Under the pieces are notes generated by a model. That model saw only the letters and a list, made by a program, of their open reading frames with translations, was not told where the DNA came from and ran no database searches. Shown one piece after another: positions 47,201-56,200 of a DNA stretch of 64,000 bases. Source of the stretch: Alphaproteobacteria bacterium (lineage in GTDB: Bacteria > Pseudomonadota > Alphaproteobacteria > Sphingomonadales > Sphingomonadaceae). A program made the position numbers and the translations under genes. Position 1 is the stretch's first letter; every line of letters begins with the position of its first letter. The stretch is from assembly GCA_031426015.1 (NCBI GenBank), contig JANPKK010000055.1:17912-81911 (forward strand), given 5' to 3'.

Positions 47201-50200
47201 ACCGTCACGCTGCCATCGGCGTTGATCGTCACGTCATAATCGGCGAGCCCGCCGCTGTAGAAAGCCCGGTCGAAACCCGAACCGCCGACGATCGCATCAT
47301 TACCGCCGCCACCGCGCAGGCTATCGTTCTCCGACCCGCCGAGCAACGTGTCATCGCCGCTGCCACCCGTGATCACATCTGCCCCGGCGCCGCCATCGAG
47401 CACCACCGCCGCGAGTGTTCCCGACAAGCTGTCGTTGCCGTCGTCACCCTGCGCAATACCACCCGCCAGCGTCACCACATCATTGCCCGCGCCGCCGCGC
47501 AGCAAGCCGCTGCCGCCGATGACATCGTCGCCGGCATCGCCATCGAGGGTGCCGTTGCCGCCGAGTGTGTCATTGCCGTCACCGCCGCCGAGCCGGCCAT
47601 TGCCTTGCAGCACATCGTTGCCGCTGCCGCCGAGGATGAGATTGTTGCCGCTGTCATCGGTCAACCGGTCATCGCCGGCGCCGCCATCAAGGCTGTCATC
47701 GCCCGCGGCATCGCTGCCCGCGTCGCCGATGCTGTCGTTGCCGGCGCCGCCGGCCAGGCTGTCATCGCCGCTGCCGCCGTCGATCCAGTCGGCGCCATCG
47801 CCGCCCGCAACCATGTCGGTATCGCTGCCGGCGCGGATCACGTCATTGCCGCTGCCGGCGTCGATGCTGTCGCTGCCGGCATCGCCGTTGATGCGATCAT
47901 TGCCGCCGCCGCCGATGATGCTGTCGGCGCCGCTGCCGCCACCGATGCTGTCGTCGAAGCCCGTGCCGGCAATGGCATCGGCACCGGCGCTGCCGGTGAA
48001 GATCTGGCCGCTGTTGGCAAGCGTGACGTCGAGATCGACATCGGTGAAGCGCAGCGTCTCGATACCCGTGACGCTGTCGACGCCGTCCGGGCCCTGGCCG
48101 CCGCGATTGTCGGCAACCCGATAACCGCCGAGGCCATCGGCGACCACCGAGGCGAAGCCGCGGCTGCCGCTGTGGAGCGCCACGTCATCATCGGCACCGC
48201 CGATGATCGTGTCATCGCCATCGCCGCCGTCGATCGTGTCATTGCCGCTGCCGCCATCGAGGCGATCGCCGTCACCTGCCGCGCCGCGCCCGCCCGACAG
48301 CGTGTCCGACCCGGCGCCGCCTTCGAGCGTTTCGGCGATGCCCGCCGCGCCGCTGGCGACATCATTGCCATCGCCGCCGCTGAAGTGCCGCGGACCCGCG
48401 CCCGCCGCGCCGGTGGCGTAGCTGTCATTGCCCGCGCCGCCGTCGGCTGTGCCCGGGCCATCGAGCACCAGCACGTCATTGCCGATGCCGCCGATAAGCG
48501 TGCCCGAACCCGTCAGCGTGTCGTTGCCGCTACCGCCGTCAAGGCTGCCGCTGCCGCTCAGCCGGTCGTTGTCATCCCCGCCCGCCATCGCGCCGGCGCC
48601 CGACAGCGTGTCATTGCCGTCACCGCCGAGCAGGATGCCCGTGCCGGTCAGCGCGTCCTGGCCAGCGCCGCCGTCAAGGCTGTTGATGCCGTCACTGTCG
48701 GTCAGCACGTCATTGCCGGTGCCGCCGAGCAGCGTATCGTCGCCGAGCCCGCCTGCCAGCGTGTCGGCATCGTCGCCGCCGGAAAGGCTGTCATCGCCGC
48801 TGCCGCCGGTCAGCGAATCATCGCCTTCGTCGCCGGTCAGCGTGTCAGCATCGGCCTCACCCGACAGCCGGTCGTTGCCGCTGCCGCCGCCGATGCTGTC
48901 ATCACCCGCGCCGCCGGCGATGATGTCGAAGCCGGCATTGCCGAGCAGTGTGTCATCCCCGCCGAGCGCCCCGGCGCCGACCAGCGGCCCGGGGATGAGA
49001 TCGTCGATCCCGACGAGATCGCTGTAGAAAATCCCGCCCTCCGGCGGCGGTGGCACCGCGACATCGCCATCGGCAAAGCGCAGGATCTCGACGCCGACAA
49101 GACGATCAATGCCATCGACAAAGCCGAACTCGATGCTTTCGGTGCGCAGATCGGTGACGATCGTGGCGCCATTGGTGCCGGCGGTGACGACATAATCCGC
49201 AGCGACCCCGTAAAAGATAGCGACATCGACCCCGTCGCCGCCATCGAGCGTGTCGTTGCCATCTGCACCCGTCAACTCGTCGTTACCGCCGCGGCCGATC
49301 AGCACATCGTTGCCGGCATCGCCCAACAATCTGTCGGCCTGCTCACCGCCACCAAGCATGTCGTTACCGTCGAACCCGCTGAGGACGTTGGCGAATTCAA
49401 GGCTGCCAGCGCCAAACGTGTAGAGCGAACCCTGGAGATTGTCGTTGCCAGACGTCCCGCTGATGCCGAGGAACTCGACATTGGTCAAATTGTCGGTGCC
49501 GCCGCGACCGTCGCTGAGGGTGAAACTGGCGGTGATGCCGAAGTTGCTGGCATCGAACACGATCCCGGTGGTGAGATCGATGAAAAGATAACTGACGAAA
49601 TCGCGGCCAGCGCCGCCGTCGAAATGGTCATCGCCGAGGTCGCCGCGCAGATTGTCGTTGCCGTCGCCGCCATCGAGGGTGTCGTTGCCGTCGCCGCCGC
49701 GGAGCGTGTCGTTGCCGCCGTCGCCGAAGATCAGGTCGCCGGCATCGCCGGGGTGGTTGGTCGACGCGGTCGAACGGCCGCCGGTCAGCTGGTCATTGCC
49801 GTCGCCGCCATAGATGGTGTCGGCGCCGCCATTGCCGGTGACGCTGTCGTTGCCGCCTTCGGCCAGCACCAGGTCTGCGCCCGCCGTGCCGATGATGGTG
49901 TCGGCCGCTGCCGTGCCGATGATCGCCCCGGCGACGGGCAGCATCGTGGCGCCGCCGTTGAAAGCGAGGAATTCGATGCCATCGAGTGTGTCGACGCCAT
50001 CGGGCGAGCCGGCGCGCAGATCGGTGACCCGCAGGCTGCCATCGGGGTTGCGCGTCAGTTCGTAATCGCCGCGGGCGCCACTGAACACCGCCGTATCGCT
50101 GCCGAGATCGCCGTAAAGCACATCATCGCCGCCGCCGCCGACCAACGTATCGTCGCCGATGAGGACGAGATCGCCGAAATCGCCGTACAAAGTGTCGTTG

Positions 50201-53200
50201 CCGCCAAGGCCCGAGACACTGTCGTTACCGCCGTCGCCGCTGATCAGATCGGCATTGTCGCCGCCGACGATCGTATCGTCGCCGCCTTCGCCGCCGATGA
50301 GATTGGCCGGATCGCCGGCAGCATCGGTGGTGAAACGCGACCCGAGCAGCAGGTCGTTGCCCTGCGAACCGAAGATGCCCAGGCTTTCGACATTGGCATA
50401 GCTGTCGGTGCCGCCGCGGCCATCGGTGTGGCTGAACGCGGCGGCATTGCCGAACTGGGTCGCATCGAAACTGACTCCGGTGGCCAGATCATCGAAGCGC
50501 AGGCTGACGAAATCGCGGCCGGCGCCGCCGTCGATCGAATCGTCGCCATCGTCGCCGCGCAGATTGTCATCACCGTCGCCACCGTTGAGCGTGTCATTGC
50601 CATCGCCGCCGCGCAGCACGTCGTTGCCGGCGTTGCCCGAGACCAGGTCGGCCGCATCGCCGGCATGGCCGCCGGGCTCGCTGCTGGTGCCGCCGAGCAG
50701 CGTGTCATCATTGTCGCCACCCTGGATCGTATCGGCCCCGGCGCCGCCGATGATCACGTCATTGCCGGCGTCGCCGTTCAGGATGTCATCGCCGGCTTCG
50801 CCGAAGATTTCGTCATTGCCGTCCTGGCCGAGCAGAATATCGAAACTGCCGCCGCCGATGATCGTGTCGTTGCCCACCGCCGCCGAGACCTGGTTGGCAG
50901 GACCGATGACAAGATTGCCGCTATTGTGGAGCGAAACCCGGATGACATCATTGCCCTGCGAGCCGACGATGTTGAGGTTTTCGACAGCGACGAAACTGTC
51001 GGTGCCGCCGCGGCCGTCGCTCATCGAGAAGCTGGCGGCGCTGTTGAAGCCACTGGCATCGAAATCGACCCCGGTGGCGAGATCGTCGAAGCGCATGGTG
51101 ACAAGGTCGCGCCCGTCGCCGCCATCGAAATGGTCGTCGCCCTGGTCGCCGCGCATATTGTCGTCGCCGTCGCCGCCGTAGAGCGAATCGTTGCCATCAC
51201 CGCCGCGCAGGATATCGCCGCCGCCTTCGCCGTAGATGACATCGGCGCCGTCGCCGGGGTGGCCGGTCGGCTGGCTCGAGCTGCCGCCGAAGAGCTGGTC
51301 GTTGCCCTCGCCGCCGTAGATGATGTCCGCGCCGCCACTGCCGGTAACGGTGTCGTTGCCCGCATCGGCGAAGACCAGATCGTCGCCCGTCGTGGCGAGG
51401 ATCCCGTCGTTGCCCGGCGTGCCGAGGATCGGCGCGGCAACAGACAGAGTCGTGGCGTCGCCGGCAAAGGCGAGGAATTCGCTGCCGGTGATCGTGTCGG
51501 TGCCGTCGGGCGTGCCGCCCCGGCGATCGCTGACGATCAGCTGGGTACCGTTCAACCCAAAGCTGTAATCGGCGCGCCTGCCGCTCAGCACCACCGTATC
51601 GCTGCCGGAGCCACCATCGATGAAATCATTGCCACGGCCGCCGGCGATGCTGTCGTCGCCGGCATTGCCGAACAGCTGGTCATTGCCGCCCCGGCCTTCC
51701 AGGCTGTCATTGCCGTCATCGCCGGCGACAAAATCGACACTGTCGCCGCCGATGACTATATCATTGCCACCGCGCCCGAACAGATTGTTGGCAAACAGCC
51801 CGAGGCCGGCCACCGCGTGGATCGAGCCGAGCAGCAGGTCGTTGCCCTGCGACCCCAGCACGCGCAGCTGTTCGGCCTCGCTGATCGTGTCGATACCGCC
51901 GCGCCCGTCGCTGATCGTGAAGGTCGCCGTCGCGCCAAAGCCCGAAGCATCGAAGGTCACACCGCTGGCGAGGTCGTCAAAGGTAAAGACGATGATATCG
52001 CTGCCGGCGCCGCCCTGAATCGTGTCACTGCCGCCACGGCCGACCAGAATGTCATCGAACGCCGAGCCGATAAGGCTGTCATTGCCTTGCGAGCCATTGA
52101 CCGACAGCAGTTCGACGTCGATCAACGTATCGATGCCGCCGCGGCCGTCGTTCAGCGTGAAAGTGGAGGTCAGCCCGAAATTGCTGGCATCGAACGTAAC
52201 GCCGCCGGGCACATTTTCGATGACATAGCTGACAGAATCGATCCCGGCGCCGCCGTCGATGACGTCATCGCCATCGTCGGCCCGCAGATTGTCATTGCCG
52301 TCGCCGCCGCGCAGCGTGTCATTGCCATCGCCGCCGCGCAAAATGTCGTTGCCGCCTTCACCAAGGATCAGGTCGCCGCCATCGCCGGGATGACCCAGCG
52401 GATCCTGCGAACTACCGCCGTAAAGCGTGTCATTGCCCTCGCCGCCCTGCAGCGTGTCGGCGCCGCCGTTGCCGGTAACGAGGTCATTGCCAGCATCGGC
52501 CAGCAGCAGTTCACCCGCTGCCGTGCCGACCAGCGTGTCATTGCCCGTCGTCCCGATGATCGCGCCGGCGATGGTCACGATCGTCCCGTCGCCATCGAAG
52601 ACAAGGCGTTCGGCGTTGCTGATCGTGTCGGCACCATCGGGCGTGCCCGATCGCAGGTCGGTTACCGTTGCGGACGCTCCGTTAAAGGCGATCGTATAGT
52701 CGGCGCGCGAGCCGCTGAACCGCACGGTGTCATTGCCGGTGCCGCCGTCGATCGAATCATTGCCGCTGCCGCCGATGATGACGTCGTCGCCGGCATCGCC
52801 GGTCAGCACATCATCGCCACCGCGGCCGTCGACCAGATCATTGTCGTTCTCGCCGTTCAGCCGGTCGCTGCTGCCGCCGCCGACCAGCGTGTCGTTGCCC
52901 GCGCCGCCCGAAAGCAGGTTGGCGAAGATGCCCGGCGTATTGCTCGTCGTGTGCAGCGATCCCTGGAAGGAATCATGGCCCTGCGAGCCGATTACCCCGA
53001 CATATTCGACATCAGTTAGGCTGTCGGTGCCGCCGCGACCGTCGTTCAGGGTGAAGCTGGCGGCGCTGCCGAAGCTGCTGGCGTCGAAGCTGACGCCGGT
53101 GGTGAGATCGTCGAACCGGTAGTTGACGAGATCCTTGCCGGCGCCGCCATCGATCGAATCGTCACCAAGGTCAGCGCGCAGATTGTCGTCGCCATCGCCG

Positions 53201-56200
53201 CCCAGCAACGTGTCATTGCCGTCGCCACCGCGCAGGACGTCGTTGCCGCCCTGGCCGGAAATGTGATCGGCCTTGTCGCCCAGATGGCCGGTCGAATTGC
53301 CGTTGTTGCCGCCCATCAGATTGTCGTTGCCGTCGCCACCCGTCAGCACATCGGCCCCGGCCGCACCGGTCAAATTGTTCGTCCCGGCATGGCCGATCAT
53401 CGTGTCATCGCCGGCGCCACCGTTGCCGTTGAGCGCGGTGGCCGCGGTCGCGGTCGGGTAGAGTGCCTGGAGATCGATCAGATCATGCGTTGCCGATCCG
53501 TTGACGAAGGCGGCGTTGTTGGCGATCGCGCCGGCAATGACCGCGGCGCGGACTTCAAGGAAGCGCGCGGCATTGAATGGCCCTTCGGGCAGGAAATGCA
53601 GGCGTTCGGCGTTGGTCACTACATCGGTGCCCAGAAACGCCGCGGTGCCGAGCCCGGTGACGGTGGCGGTCTTGTCGGCGGCAAAGCTGATCTGGAACAC
53701 GCGCTCCACCACCGCGCCATCGACGCGTTCGACGAACAACAGCCCGTCTTCGGCGCCGATTCCGACGACCAGGCGATAGCTGCCCAGCGTATCGGCTGGC
53801 AGGTTGAAGGCGACGGTGTCATTGCCGCCGACGCCGGCATCGATGCTGTCGTTGCCGGCTTCGCCGCGGATATAGTCATCGCCGCTGCCGCCGCTGATGC
53901 TGTCATTGCCGGCATTGCCGTTGAGATCGTCGTTGCCGTCGCGGCCGTCGAGGCTGTCGTTGCCCGCGCCGCCCTTCATGAAGCCGTTGCCGCCGCCGCC
54001 GATCAGCGTGTCGTTGCCATCGTTGCCGTTGAGATCGTCATTGCCGCCGCGGCCATCGATGCTGTCGTTGCCGCTGCCGCCTTCGACATAGTTGCGGCCG
54101 TCATGGCCGATGATCGTGTCATCGCCCTGTTCGCCGGTGCTGTTGATCTCCGCGCTGCCGGCGGCCGGATAAAGCGCCCCGATATCAATGAAATCGCCGC
54201 CGATCGACCCCGCCACATGGGCGAAGTTATTGACGATCGCCGGCGCGAACGGCGCCAGCCGCACCCCGACGCTGTGACCGGCATAGCCGGGATCGGGGAA
54301 TGTCTCGATGAAGATATCGAGCTGCTCGATGCCGGTCAGTGTATCCGTGCCGATCGCGGCGGCGCTGTTCACACCTTCCACGATGCCTTGCCCGATACCG
54401 GTGCGGGTGATGCGGAACACCTGTTCCACCGTGGCACCGTCAACGCGCTCGACAATCACAACGCCCGGCGCAGTGTCGACCAGGCGCAACGTGCCCGGCG
54501 TGCCCTTGGGCAATGTGTAGTTCGACCGGTCATGCCCGGCGCCGCCGTCGATCACGTCATTGCCGGCTTCGCCATAGATCGTGTCGTCGCCGGCCATGCC
54601 GGAGATGCTGTCATCGCCGCCATCTCCCTCGATATGCTCGCCGTTGTTGCTGCCCAGAATCGTGTCGTTGCCGCCACCGCCGAAGACGAACAGGTTCACG
54701 CCCGGGAACGGCGCCGGATACAGCGCGGCTACATTGATCACGTCGGCAAAATTGGTGCCGTCGATTCCCAGCGCATTATTGGACACATCATTGACCCGGA
54801 CGCCGGTGCGCACCGATACAAAGCGCGCCGCGTCGAAATTGCCGTCGGGCAGGAAATGCAGGTCATCGATGTTGCTGAGCGTATCGGTGCCGAGGAACGC
54901 CGCCGAGCCCAGGCCTTCGACCGTGAAGCGGCCATCGACCAGCCGGGTGATGCGAAACACCTGTTCGACCGTCGCGCCATCGACGCGCTCGATGATCAGG
55001 GTTTCGGCATTGCCGCCGGTAACGACACGATAGCTGCCCGGCGTGCCGGCAACGAGGTTGAAGGCGGCGATATCGTCGCGGCCGGTGCCGCCGTTGATGA
55101 CATCGTCGCCGGCGCCGCCGCGCAGATAATCGTCACCCCCGCGGCCTTCGATGCTGTCGTTGCCGTCACCGGCGTCGATGAAGTTGCGGCCGTCATGACC
55201 GCGGATCGTGTCGTTTCCGGTATAGCCATAGACATCGATGGTGTCGGCGCCGGTGGCCGCTGGGTACGACGTCAGCAGATCGATATTGTCGTCGCCGGCC
55301 GCACCCTGGACATTGGCATAGCCGTTGACGATCTCGGGAACGAACGAGGCGATCCGGGTAGTGATATAGGTGCCCGGCGGGTTCGCAGCCGGAAAATAGT
55401 TGATGAAGAAATCAAGCTGTTCGATGCCGACGACGGTATCGGTGCCGTTGAAGGCGCCGGTGCCGAAGCCCTGTACCGTCGCGGTGCCGGTACCGGTGAT
55501 GACATAGCGGAACACCGTTTCGACCGTTGCGCCATCGACGCGTTCGACCAGCCAGGCCCCGGCATCGGCACCGCTGCCGGCCACGATGCGCAGCGTGCCC
55601 GGCGTGCCGGTCGGCAAGCCGAAGCTGGCGGCATCATAACCCAGACCGCCATCGACGGCATCGTCGCCGCCCTGGCCCTGGAGATAGTCATCGCCGCGGT
55701 CGCCGCGCAGCACGTCGTTGCCGTCGCCGGCAAAGATCGAATCATTGCCGAAATTGATATCGAGGCCCGATTCGCCGATCAGCGTGTCGTTGCCATTCCC
55801 GCCATTGATGAAATCGGCCCCGGCATTGCCTTCGATATTGTCGTTGCCGTCATTGCCCGACAGATTGTCGTTGCCGCCGAAGCCGCGGATGAAATCATTG
55901 CCGGCGCCGCCGCCCAGCGTATCGGCGCCGACCGCGCCCGAATGGCTGGCGAGCAGGGTCACGAAGGGCTGAACGCTGGCGACGGTGCGGTTGGCGACAT
56001 GGACGAGATCGCGGAAGTCGCCGGCGATGCCGGTCGCGGCGACATTGATCTGCAACGTCGCATCCGCACCGTTCTGGACAAGGCGGAGAAAGCCCGACGT
56101 GAACAGGTTGCTGCCGGCGACATAGCCCTGCAGACTGTCGATGATCCCCGACATCCACAGGAAATCGGTTTCGGCCGGGTTGAAATCGAGGATGCGGTCG

